This document shows positions 49,953 through 62,235 of a DNA stretch of 64,000 bases, one piece after another. The notes beneath the pieces were generated by a model. The model saw only the letters and a program-made list of their open reading frames with translations, was not told the DNA's origin and made no database searches. Made by a program: the position numbers and the translations under genes. Origin of the DNA: Octopus vulgaris (taxonomy: Eukaryota); contig OX597836.1 in the NCBI GenBank assembly GCA_951406725.2, positions 29,884,001 through 29,948,000 of the forward strand. Direction: 5' to 3'. Each line of letters starts with the position of its first letter. The stretch's first letter is position 1.

Positions 49953-52522
49953 CTAAATATATGAAACAAAATGATACCATCATCATCATTGTTTAATGTT
50001 TGTTTTCTATACTGGCACGGGTTGGACAGTTTGACATGGAACTGGTCAGCTGGAGGCTGCCCAGACTCCAGTTGTCTATTGTGACATGATTTCTATGACT
50101 GGATGCTCTTCCTAATGCCAGCAACTTAACAGAGTGTGCTGAGTGCTTTTTATGTGCCACTGGCACAGGTGTGTGTATGCAGCACCAGCACAGGTGCTTT
50201 TAATGTGGCACCAACACCTGAAAGAACCAGCCCGTATGTGCGGAAGACAGCGATTTTACTTAATTTGATGCGTCTTATCAAGTACAATTTATCACCACAT
50301 CTTCTGGTCCCTTGTCATCTCTTCAGTGAGGCCCAGTGTCCAAAGATCCTTTCTCACCACTTTGTCTCACATCTTCCTGGGTCTACTCCTTCCACAAGTA
50401 CCCTCCACAGTTAGAGCTTGGCACTTCTTTATGCAGCTGTCCTCATCCATATGCATCACATGACCATGTGTGTACATACATATGAAATTTACTTCATGGT
50501 CATTAGTTCAACAAAATATATTTTGCCAGATTAATGATTAATGATTAAACATTTATTCACACCAGATTTATCTTTGAGTTATTTATTCTCAGTGGGTGAC
50601 CAACCATAACTTCTTTGAACTTGCCAACCTTTGGAATATATGCATGTGTGCGTGTGTGTGTGCATGTATGTATACATGTGCACGTGTTTGTGTCTCCTTG
50701 TTTTGACGTTGTGTGATAGTTGTAAATGATCGTCACTGTTATACAAGCAGTGTCATTCATTTGCATTATGCTGCGAGAACATGGTCTGGCCATTGGAAAA
50801 TATTACCTTGCTTGGAAACGAGTGAAGGTAGGCAACAGGAAAGTCATCCAGCCACAGAAAATCTGCCTCAAAATCTCTGTCCGACTCATGCAAGCATGGA
50901 AAATTGGACGTTAAAATGATAAAGATGTACATATGTCTATTTATATATATACAAATATATATAAACATTAAATATATACACACATATACATATCTATACA
51001 TATATATCCATACATATACATATATATATATACATATATATATTTATAAATATATATTTATACAAATACATATATACACACACAAATATATATATGCATA
51101 TATGCACACACACACACATGTGCACACCAGTACTTAAAGAGATAAGAACTTCCGTATCAAAATGATATTCAGACACACTGTTTACACAGATAGAGAGAAA
51201 TGGTGTATACAATTTATACAAAAGACTCAATGTTTTCAATGCAAGTGACAGTAGGGTTGTTGCAATATCGCTAGCAGATCAAAGACATAGGATGTAACAA
51301 TAATAATAATAACAATACTAATAAGATTTATATATATTTCCCCCACGAAGTAATTAATTAGCAATCTATATAACACACTGGCTAATGTAACAGTTGAAGA
51401 AAAAAGAAAACAAAAAAAAACAAAACAAAACAAAACAATTTCACTGTTTTAGCTTTTTCCAATACCATCAGGCAGAAGAGGAAGAATCATCTGGCTATTT
51501 TATATGAAATAAGTGAATAAAAAGATCAAAAGAACAGAATTAAAAAAAATTGTCTGATCGAACTGGTTGTAATGTTTTGATTACATTGTATTGATTGGTT
51601 TATTTTGCCATAAGTATGAGGAGATGGAGGGAAGGGAGTAAAGAGAGTGTAAATGTATCATCTTTAAATGGGGTGAAAAAATTCCTGAAAACCTTAAACA
51701 GCGACTAAAACATTCTGGAAAAACATACGTTAAACATTAGAAAAAAAAAAAGAAAAAGAAAAAAACAATGAATAAACAATCTTAAATCATCCCCAAGAAA
51801 ACTCCTTTAAATAATATCAACCAAAAATTTCATCAAAAAGAACAAAAAAGTTTCCAGAAAACAACTATCTTTTTTTTTTTTAAAAAAATTCCTTAAAAGA
51901 TATCAAACCCATAAAAAAACAACCAAAGTAAAACAATCAGAAAACCTTGATAATAAAAATTACAAAAGCAAACAATAAAAAGAAGCATTAAAAAATCTCA
52001 GCTAAAATAACCCATTAAAACAAAAAATATAAAAAACAACCAGACAAAAAGCCATGTAAACATACCCCCACCACCACCACCACTACTAACCAAAGGAAAT
52101 GAGATCAAACATTTATGAGAAATCAAACCAATGGAATGTCCTTAAAATATGAGACACAGAACTTTGACATAAACCTATTTGCTTTGTTATCTTCTTCATG
52201 GGCCCCGAAGACATGGCTAGAGAAATATGCTACAAAGTGGGACATGGATAAGTAGCCTGGGTTCTGTAGCATAGGGGAAACACAGAAATGAATTTACACA
52301 CACAGAAAAGTACCCAGCCTTTCGTTTGTAAGGGTCATTGAGTTATTTCAATCGCTTGTAACTGCTGAACGAAGGAGGCACATTAGTCGATTGTTGGCTG
52401 CATTGCCCTCACCACATTAGTTGATTGTAAGATTGCATTGAGTGAATATCTCTAGTCTTTTCTGCAAGATGATGTACTCAATAATGGAAAGAATGGAGAT
52501 GGTGGAAGCATATGTGAGAATG

Positions 52523-52748
52523 CTTCTTAAGGCGGCGAGCTGGCAGAAACGTTAGCATGCTGGGTGAAATGCATAGCCGTATTTTGTCTACCGTTATGTT
52601 CTGAGTTCAAATTCCACCGAGGTCGACTTTGCCTTTCATCCTTTCGGGGTCAATAAATTAAGTACCAGTTACGTACTGGGGTTGATGTAATCGACTTAAT
52701 CCGTTTGTCCCCTCTGTGTTTAGCCCCTTGTGGGTAGTAAAGAAATAA
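52523..52748 (+). mobile_element. tRNA-derived SINE, family B, with a 21-bp TSD (gtggaagcatatgtgagaatg)
   Basis: ggcggcgagctggcagaaacgttagc...gagttcaaattcc (B box)...gtcgactttgcctttcatcc; TSD on both sides. Confidence 0.9.
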
Positions 52749-53626
52749 GTGGAAGCATATGTGAGAATGGGTTCTGTTAAGCATATTTTGTATTTGCACT
52801 ATGCCAAGGAACCTGGGCTACTTTTTCATGTACCACCCTGTAGTATCTATATACCTATGTCTTAAATTATACATACCACCTTGCTTCATATTAACCTCAT
52901 CATTCAAAATACAGAAAACAGAAAACGTTTATTTCAATAGTAAAACAAAGCAGTGCTGAAATGGCAAACTTGTTTGAGTGTCAAATCGAATGCCGTGCAG
53001 TATTATTTCGGCTCTCAACACTCAGAGTTCAAATGCTGCCAAAGTCAACAAACTAGCAGTCAAATACAAGAGGTGGTTATTCTGCTTGTCTGTCTTCCTT
53101 ACTACAAAATGGTTACATTGCATTGTGGGAATGGTTGTGAATGACCATATATAGTATATCTGTCTCCAGAAATGAAAACGAGTTTGAGGGAGGGACTAGC
53201 AACCTATTCATCCATCCGTCCATCCATTTTCTTTACCACTATTCCTAGGAAGGTCATGGTAGGAGAGTTCTCAGGCACCTCCTCCATAGGATCCAGTCAA
53301 AAACAACAATCATTACCCTTTCTGGTTGGATTCCCAAGTCTGGTCAACTGAGATTATAGATATTGTCCAACCATCTTGTTCTTGACCTATCCCTAAGTTT
53401 CCTGCCAGATGGCTTGGTTTGAAGAATCTGTTTTGTGATTCTTCCCCGTGATAATTTACTCACATATCCACAGTACCAGAGCTGTGATCTTTCAATGCAA
53501 CCTATCTTTATGAAAGTTGATTTATACCTTGTAATATTGAGTATATAAGAAACTGTGTGGAAGCCTTTAGAGATTGTAAACCAAACACTGGTTTATCATT
53601 TTTCATATCAATGTTTACATCTTTTG

Positions 53627-53678
<52 letters not shown>

Positions 53679-53920
53679 TGTGCAATAGATTTCTACATAG
53701 TTTCCACTTATGAAATTCCATTCATATAGCGTTGGTCAATTGAAGGCATAAAATGCAAAGTAGTGGAACTGAACCAAGAACCATGTAAGTGCAGAGCAAA
53801 GCATTTTAGCCATACACAACCATACCTGTGCTCATGCCAGATATCCATAGAACAAACATTAATAGTTCATTTTTGGATTTGGTTTGCAAGATTCTTTATG
53901 TGAGTTTGTGTGTTGAAGCA

Positions 53921-54066
53921 TATTCTGTTGTGTCTGGGGAGAGTCATTTTCTTTTTGTGCCTTATAATTTAACACACACACCGGTAAAATTTCCACTTAT
54001 TTCTTATTTTTATTTTAAATTATAAGGCACAAAAAGAAAATGACTCTCCCCAGACACAACAAAATA
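53921..54066. repeat. 52-bp inverted repeat (1 mismatch) with a 42-nt spacer
   Basis: 53921..53972 versus 54015..54066. Confidence 0.93.
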
Positions 54067-54298
54067 TTAATAGAATTAGTACTAAGATAGTATAAAACCC
54101 TAAATATGTTTTCCTTTTGCACAAATCCCTTATGTACAAGTTTCATTTAAACCTAGTAAGTCACAGAAACAATAAATTAAGAACAGCCACGTTACCACTG
54201 CAGTGCAAACAAACAAAAGAGGAAAAACAAACAAAAATACAAAACACTCCAAATGGTACAAACAGAAGCTACGAGGAACAAGAATTATATAATCTCAC

Positions 54299-54455
54299 CT
54301 TCAGAATTTGGTCTCCTTCTACCAGACCTTCTTTTTCAGCACCACTACCTGGATGAACAGAAGCGATGAAAATTCCAGTTGCATTTCCTCCAGCCAACCG
54401 CAATCCAAGACCAACTTCAGGATCCTTGCGAAAAGTCACATATCTAGGTTCAGTT
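54299..54455 (-). CDS. TJP1: ZO-1-like exon, PDZ3 N-terminal part ([52 protein letters not shown])
   Basis: ttcttcag|A acceptor, AAG|gtgaga donor, 157 nt; clear PDZ motif. Confidence 0.96.
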
Positions 54456-54801
54456 CTGAAGAATAAAAAGAAGACCCACCAAATTTTTTTTAAATGCACA
54501 ATACAAAATATGCTTAATAGAACCCATTCTCACATATGCTTCCACCATTTCCATTCTTGAGTACATCATCTTGAAGAAAAGACTCAAGATATTCACTTAA
54601 TCAGTCAAATGTAATGCTTATTTATTTATATTGGAATTAATCAGACGTTGTCTCATAGTTTTGAAATTTTGATGATGTGACTTTAATTTTAGAATGATGT
54701 AGGTCAGATGTAACAGACTGGATCTGGTTGGTTTGAACATAAAACAGGTAGAATATTTGGACCAGACATGGTCAGTTTAAATGCCAAAGGGTTAAATTTA
54801 C

Positions 54802-54831
54802 CTGCTACTTCGTTTCTTCCCTATGTATGAC
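54802..54831 (-). CDS. TJP1: 30-nt symmetric small exon just before PDZ3 (ESYIGKKRSS)
   Basis: Long U-tract acceptor ttttttttcttttccag|G, donor CAG|gtaaat, phase 2 to 2, no stop. Confidence 0.7.
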
Positions 54832-55127
54832 CTGGAAAAGAAAAAAAAATACATATCAGAAATAATGTCAAACCACATCATTTTTTCTTCTTTACACTCA
54901 GAATAAAATACAAAAGATTAAAAATCACAGTATTTATTGGCTGTAGTCCAATGACTAGAACAAGTAAAAGATATGAATTTTTTTTACATAGACTTTCCAG
55001 AAACTGTGTGAAACCTAGATATTGAACCAATCCTGGTCTTGGAATAAGTACACTATATCTCTGCATGTTGTAAGACATGACAAAAATGGTTGGCAATGAG
55101 AAAAGCATCTAACTGTAAAAATATTAT

Positions 55128-55484
55128 CAGGGCCAAATTTGTGTACAGGGCGATATGAGCCATGGCACAGAGGCTCCCAAGCTTGGAGGCCTCAAGTATT
55201 GGGAGGAGGGCATTTATCTCAGAGAAGCTAAAAAACTTGGGGTTAGAAATTTTAAAAAAATATACTCAAGCAATCAAATAAATAACCTGGTATCATTGTT
55301 TTTACTCATTTGAATTTTTCTTAATCAAATAGAGTTCTTTTAAAATTCTTGAGACCTCTCTTGATTCATTGGATCCTTTTAGTTTTGGGGTCCTTATTAT
55401 TACCTTATACTTTGAATTAGCCAAACTAAAGGGTCCCCAAAGCCTACTGGCTCTTGAGCTCCACTAAGTCTAAATCCGGCCCTG
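55128..55484. mobile_element. hAT-type MITE
   Basis: TIR cagggccaaattt / aaatccggccctg; 8-bp TSD aatattat / aatatgat. Confidence 0.7.
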
Positions 55485-56243
55485 AATATGATAAGAAAAT
55501 TGTCATGGAGCCTACAAGAGCTAAAACTCCCTTAAAATAGTGTTGTTGTCACATAGACTTCAGAAATCCAATCAAATTCATGGTTATATGCCATCCTGAT
55601 CCTCTCTGGATACATTTAGAGTCTTATACAGATGATCCTGATTTGCAATCTCACACAGAATATGTTCAGAATAGTGTGATATATATATATATATATATAT
55701 ATAGATATAGATAGATAGGGAGAGAGGGGGAGTTATAGTGAAAAAGAGAGATAGGGAGAGGAAGAAGAGTTATTATGAGAAAGGGAGAAAGACAGAAAAA
55801 GAGAGAGAGAGAGAGAGAGAACCTGTTGATCTTCTCAAATATTTAAAATAGAGATTCTTTGATTTTTCTGATGAGGAAATTAAATAAAAGTTGTTATTGC
55901 CAAAAAATATATTTTAACAAAAGCAACAGAGGAACACACACATGCATGCATGCACACACACACACCTATTCTCACATACATACACAGCTTTTTTTTTAAA
56001 ACATAAATGCATCAGTTATCCTTTGTTTTGTTTCTCCAATTCTTCCTGTTTGAAATATCAATCTCTTTATCTCTCTCTCCTCCTTTCTTCCTCCCTCCCT
56101 CCTGCTCTCTCTCTCTCGTCTTACTCTTTCTGCCTTCTGTCTCCCCCTCCCTTTATCTCTCTTACATAATATACTGCACTTTGTTTACATTTACCCATCC
56201 AGTGCAATTCATAATTAAATGATTCTAGGGACTACTTATATCT

Positions 56244-56303
<60 letters not shown>

Positions 56304-56317
56304 CAAAGGGTAACAGA

Positions 56318-56625
56318 ACGAAGAGTATACAGTTACCCTCCCCATTCTCCTGATTTGGCTTCATCTGACCATCATCAGTTCCCCAATATGAAAGAAGACT
56401 TGGCTGGAAACCAGTATCGCAGTGATGACAACATCATATCTGCTGTTTATGACTTGTTTTTGAGCAACAGGATGAAAGCCTCTTCACCAATGGGATCCAA
56501 GCACTGCAACACAGATGGGAGAAGTGTGTGGGGTGCAAGGGGGTCTATGTTGAAAAATAAGCCTCAACTGGTCACATTCTATGAGAGTATCTTGGCTAGT
56601 CTATATGAATTTTTCAGCCAACCCT
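56318..56625 (+). mobile_element. 3' fragment of a mariner transposon, cut off by a SINE
   Basis: PHSPDLASSD..FPNMKEDLAG..., then GIQALQHRWEKCV..KGVYVEK* in another frame; TIR-like ttttcagcca end. Confidence 0.8.
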
Positions 56626-57030
56626 TAGGAGTGGCTGTGTGGTAAGTAGCTTGCTTACGAACCACATGGTTCCGGGTTCAGTCCCACCGCGTGGCACCTT
56701 GGGCAAGTGTCTTCTACTATAGCCTCGGGCTGACCAAAGCCTTGTGAGTGGATTTGGTAGACGGAAACTGAAAGAAGCCCATCGTTTATATGTATATATG
56801 TATGTGTGTGTATGTATGTGTGTATATGTTTGTGTGTCTGTGTTTGTCCCCCCAACATCGCTTGACAACCGATGCTGGTGTGCTTACGTCCATGTAACTT
56901 AGTGGTTCGGCAAAAGAGACCGATAGAATAAGTACTAAGCTTACAAAGAATAAGTCCTGGGGTCGATTTGCTCAACTAAAGGCGGTGCTCCAGCATGGCC
57001 ACAGTCAAATGACTGAAACAAGTAAAAGAG
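56626..57030 (+). mobile_element. SINE family A copy
   Basis: Near-identical to 31380..31794. Confidence 0.88.
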
Positions 57031-57208
57031 TATGTATGTATATATATATATATATATATATACTCATAAGCTAAGATCTACTGAAAGGGATAATGCCATA
57101 GAGAGGGGAGGAGTTGAGAGAGAGAGAGAGAGAGAGAAAGAGAGGGGCAAACAAACAAAGCTGAGAAAGGTAAAAAGAAAGAAGGAAAAAATGAAGTAGA
57201 CTGCTTAC

Positions 57209-57497
57209 TCAGTTGGCTGTGATCTGTTGAAAGTAACAGGAGGTTGTATGTCATTCTCTGGTTCTTTGCTGCTATAAGGCTGTTTATGAGCTTGTGGACT
57301 TCGTTCATAGTGTGACTCAAGGAGCTGGTCAGAGTGACGCTGTCGAGGCGCCGTGCCATACCGCTCCTCCCTCGATTCATATGGATTCTCATGCAAATGA
57401 CCCCGGTTTTCAATGTCGCTATAGTAGTTGTTGTGCTTTACTTGTGATGCATAAAAGTCGTCTGGATGTAAGAAGTCTTTACCTGTTGGAATCATAT
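57209..57497 (-). CDS. TJP1: ZO-1-like exon, PDZ2-PDZ3 linker (DMIPTGKDFLHPDDFY...RSQPT)
   Basis: tgtttag|AT acceptor, CTGA|gtaagc donor, 289 nt, phase 1 to 2; ORF 57205..57495. Confidence 0.88.
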
Positions 57498-59157
57498 CTA
57501 AACAGAAGGAAATTAAAAGAGGTTAATTATATTATTAAAGTTGAGCTTTTCAGTACAGTTAAGAATGAAAAAAAATGTAAGATTGAGTAAATATTGTGAG
57601 TGGATTTGGTAGACGGAAACTGAAAGAAGCCTGTCGTATATATGTATTTATATGTATGTGTGTGTGTTTGTGTTTGTTCTAGCATTGCTTGACAACCGAT
57701 GCTGGTGTGTTTACGTCCCCGTCACTTAGCTGTTCGGCAAAAAGAGACTGATAGAATAAGTACTGGGGCTTACAAAAAAAAAAAGTCCCGGGGTCGAATT
57801 GCTCGACTAAAGGCGGTGCTCCAGTATGGCCGCAGTCAAATGACTGAAACAAGTAAAAGGGTAAAAGAGTAAAGAGTAACTTTTGAGATGTTCTCAATAG
57901 AGTTTTGAAATCATTCAGAAATTTCAAACACATCCAATTCCACATATCATGAACTTATGAAGAAAAACAATAAAAAAAATCCTAACACAGACACACACAA
58001 GCTTATGTCCAGAGCACATCTTCATTTGTACAAAACCGGGTTAAATCTTTGATGATTGTGTGTGTGTGTGTGTGTATCATGTCAATAGGGTGAAGATCTG
58101 TGAGGTGTTGTGCAGACCTTATTGGATATAAAATTTTAGGTCGTGCAATTATTGCTGAGGCAACTCTCTGAAGCCTGGTCATGTAGGAAGGTGCTACTGT
58201 GAGCATGGAAGCTGCGAATGTGAACCTAGGTGAAGTTGACTGCTGGTGCAATAACCTTATACACAGGCATTACTGGCATTTTGTATGGGCAATGGTCAGA
58301 GATGATCTTGCTTGGTCACAAGTGGACAGCCATCATCATCATCATCGTCACAGATATATGTCATCGCCATCATCATTGTTTAAATGTTAACTTTTCTATG
58401 ATTGCATGGGTCAGACAGAATTCAGAGAGGTAGGTTTTCTACAGTTTAATGCCCTTCCTAAAAAAGATAATATTTCCCCAAGACCCATCGTAGGTCATTT
58501 GTATGCACATCATAAAGAAGATAAACAAACACACTGCTGGGATTTGAACCATCTATCACTTGATAGGCAACTGTGTTCCTCAATACACTAGGTAGACACA
58601 TGATTTGGATCTCATCATTGAGCCTAATTTTTAAAACTTTTTTCCCTTGTTTTTAATATATATCTCATAGGCATAGACATAGGCCTGTGGTAAGAAGTTT
58701 GCATCCTAACCACATGGTTCCGGTTTCAGTCCTACTTTGTGGAACCTTGGGTAAGTGCCTCCTATTATAGCCCTAGGCTGACCATATGGGTAGGCATTGC
58801 ATGTGGATTTCAAAAACTGAAAGAAGTCCATCATATGTGACTGTGCGCGGGTGCATATGGTCATTGTGCTTCTGTTTGTTGCATCCTACCATTGCTTGGC
58901 AACCAATGTTGGTTTGTTTATATCCCTCATAACTGAGCAGTTTGGAACAAGAGACCAAGAGAGTAACTACCAGGCTTAACAAAAAAACAGAGAAGGGGGT
59001 TGATTCATTTGACTAAAAACCCTGCAAGGTGGTAGCCCCAGCATGGCGATTGTCCAATGAGTAAAACAAGTAAAAAATAGCAGATACAAGGTAATCTCAA
59101 ATAGTGAGACACAGGTAAGAGAAACTGTAGTGTCTAAAGATGAAGCAGTTTTATTAC

Positions 59158-59442
59158 CTGAATCAAGTTCTTGGGGTAAAGGTGGTCGAGGTGGTGGTGG
59201 TTCTTGATTGTACATGTACCGACTTTCATATCTGGATGATGCATTAGGGTGGTCACGACTCGCACTAATTGGACCAGGGCCAGGCGGTAGAATGTCACCA
59301 TGGGAATGGTGCATTCGATGCAGACCGGGTCCCAGCGAATTCGTCTCATCTTCATTTAATGCTCTGCTCTGATGCGGCCGGTAAATATTGATATCTTCTT
59401 TTTCTAACGATCTTTTTAAGATTCCATATCTAGACGAATAAT
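59158..59442 (-). CDS. TJP1: ZO-1-like exon, PDZ2-PDZ3 linker (DYSSRYGIL...EPPPPRPPLPQELDS)
   Basis: taattag|AT acceptor, TCAG|gtaata donor, 285 nt, phase 1 to 1, open frame; overlaps ORF 58976..59314. Confidence 0.88.
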
Positions 59443-59666
59443 CTAATTAAAAGAAGAAAGGAAAAGCATTTATAATAGTTCCTACACCCATAGCTGGATT
59501 ATTTAGAAGCTCACTTTGCAAACATCTGGGTTCTATATTCAATCTCACGATTTGACTGAGGACTGGCGAACCAGATGGCTGCACCAGGCTCCAATCTTGA
59601 TCTGGCAGAGTTTCTACAGCTGGATGCCCTGAGAGAAACCCAATAAATATACATGTATATATTATT

Positions 59667-59869
59667 ATTATTAGAAACGGCTTGATTTGGTCCCATGTGA
59701 CTTAAAAGTTTCATAGGCTTCTTATGGAAACCTAGCTCATAGGACTCAGTTAACCAAATATAGGGATGTGTCCTTTCATTCAGTTAACTGAGTCCAATGG
59801 GCTCTGTTTCAGTAAGAGGCCTATGAAACTTTAAGCCACATGGGGCCACATCAAACTATTTCAAATAAT
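59667..59869. repeat. Fold-back element with imperfect arms of about 88 bp
   Basis: 59667..59754 versus 59783..59869. Confidence 0.85.
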
Positions 59870-61861
59870 GATATATGAAACACCTACTAAATGTGTTGAG
59901 TGCCTCTTTCTTTCATTTCTCCACTCAACCATACACATACACACAAACACATGCACACACGTGTGTGTGTGTTTATTAACAGGTAAACTTACTCTCCTAT
60001 TGTTTAAAGTTCCATAGACATAAATCATTGTATACATTTGTGTACATCAGAGAAAAACAGTATGTCACATTGCATCACTTCATATAAAAAAACCGAAAAG
60101 GTAACCTAGCCATTTGATAAACACAGATTAATTAAAAATAATAATGGAATGGAAAAGGTACTGAAGGCACTAGCGTCACTATAATCAGCTAAAAATATTT
60201 GAAGGCGATGACCCAGCAAATCACCCAGTGGCCAATGACTGAAACTAGTAAATGAGGAAAATAATTATTTCAGCATGATTAATTAAGCTCACATAATAAG
60301 CGAACAAATACAGTCTCAGCTATGAGGTTGTAAGTTTCTTATGTAACCACATGGGTCCAGGCTAAATCCCACTTTGTTGTACTTCAGACAGAAACCATGC
60401 AGCTGTCCATAGAAATGATCTTTAACCTCATCATAATCATTCAACGTGTCTTTTTTTCATGCTGGCATGGGTTGGGCAGTTTGACAAGAACAGATGAGCC
60501 AGAGGGCTCAGTTAGGTTCTCTTTGCTTTGGCATGATTTCTACAGCTGGATGCCTTTCTTAACACCAACCTCTTAACAGAGTGTACTGGGTGCTTTTTAT
60601 GTGATACCAGCACTAGTGAGGTCACCAAGTACCTGCAAGATAAGACCTCTCCAACTGAGCAGTGCAGACTGGAAGAGTGTCTCACCATTTCTCATCTGTA
60701 TTCCAAGAGGCATGAGTTATTGGGATTGTTATAGGATGTGCCAGTTCTTATCTGGAGTCATTATTGTCCTGAGATAGATCACAAGATCATTTTTTTTGCT
60801 CAAGTGTTCCATTTTGCATATGGTCTCTATGGCTGGATGTCAACCAATTAACAGAGTGTAGAGGATGCTTTTTCTAACTGCACCAGCACTAATGAAGTGA
60901 GGTTGCTTTGTATCTTGCAACATTAAAGAACCCTTACTACTCTACATTGTCTTTGTTCATTTAAGGTAATGCATGTGTTGATGTGGGATGGCAAAATTGG
61001 TGTGCGAACAAAAATACTTTGCAGTATTCTGATCCATCTCAGTGACACTAGGTCAGCTTTACCTTCCTGTTCTCATTTGAGTCAATAAAATAAATACCAG
61101 GCAAAGTATACTGGAGTCAGTGTATTCAACTAAATCAGTAGTACCAAACCGTTTTATTGCATCATGGAACAGTTTCATGCAAGACAGTCTTACCACAAGC
61201 ATAACAAAGAACACAAAGTGCATAATATATATTTTAATTATTACATATACCATCGTTGTCATTTAACGTCTGTTTTTCATGCAGTAATGGGTTGAATAGC
61301 TTAACAGGGACTGGCACGGCCAACGCCAATCAGATTCCATAGTCTGTTTTGGCATGCTTTCTACAGCTGGATGCTCTTCTTAATACCAACCACTTTAGAG
61401 AGTGTACGAGGTGCCTTTTATATGGCACCATCACCGGTGCTTTTACATGGCACCAACACCAGTGCTTTTTATGTGGCACCAGTACCAATGATTTTTACAT
61501 GGCACCAATACCAGTGCTTTTTGCATGGAACCAACACCAGCGCTTTTTATATAATACACATATAATGTAAAAAGACCTTGCAGACTGTGATAGTGAATAA
61601 AACGGAAATTAAATTAAAATTGTGATTTATTCCGTGTCACCTGGAACCAAATTATCCACCGTCCATTTATTGGGGACCCCTGAACTAAATTCTTTGAAGG
61701 TGGTGCTGCTGCCAGCACTGTGACAATCTGATAACTGAAATCAGTTAAAACAGTACTGAAAATATGGTACCTAATTATAGCTTAAATTAAACTTCATTAA
61801 CTGTACTTTATTTGCCTGATAATAATATGGAGAGGGAACAATTAAAAGAAGGAAACTTTAC

Positions 61862-62012
61862 CAATTTCTTCTTTCGGTTGACTATTCTGTCGTTTGTGTC
61901 TGCCGCCATCTGTTTTTTTCTTTGTAATTAATAAATGAAGTTTGTCTTTTGTTTTTTCTATCAACCTTTTGGCATCTGTTATTGAAATGTTATCGACAGG
62001 GGTGGCATTTAT
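61862..62012 (-). CDS. TJP1: ZO-1-like exon, C-terminal half of PDZ2 (INATPVDNISITDAKRLIEKTKDKLHLLITKKK...)
   Basis: acaacag|ATA acceptor, ATTG|gtaaag donor, 151 nt, phase 0 to 1; resembles ZO-1 PDZ2 [25 protein letters not shown]. Not in the ORF track. Confidence 0.92.
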
Positions 62013-62235
62013 CTGTTGTAATAGAACAAAGGGAAAAAAAGAAAAAGATTAAATAAATAAAAAAGACTTTATTGCAATTTCATGACAAAATGATATTACT
62101 GAGAAAATAAATTATATTATTCTGAGAATTGGTGGATTGACAAAATTGTTAGTGTGTCAGACAAAATACCTGACTGCAGTTTATGACCCTTTACATTTTG
62201 AGTTCAAATCCTACTGGTCAACCACATTGTTTTAG

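Larger units (their letters stand above)
3918..62012 (-). other. TJP1: Partial multi-exon gene: tight junction protein ZO-1 / Polychaetoid-like MAGUK (PDZ2-PDZ3-SH3-U5-GuK-U6); both ends outside the window
   Basis: 19 exons with AG/GT boundaries join in one open frame (2753 nt). Peptides match ZO-family hallmarks: [17 protein letters not shown] (PDZ3), GDSFFVKAHY..DTLYGG..GSWLAIKIG..KGIIPN (SH3), [49 protein letters not shown] (GuK), DDFLFPMSTRLS (pyd-like U6). Confidence 0.95.

Noticed and set aside
59985-60060. Consensus donor AGA|gtaagt suggesting an extra or alternative first exon
   Set aside because: The only open ATG frame ends in phase 0 while the next exon needs phase 1; the nearest AG gives a 4-nt frameshifting exon.
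61415-61550. Short tandem units (atggcaccaacaccagtgcttttt) resembling a repeat-spacer array
   Set aside because: Degenerate internal tandem repeat of family C with no unique spacers; eukaryotic context and no cas genes, so not CRISPR.
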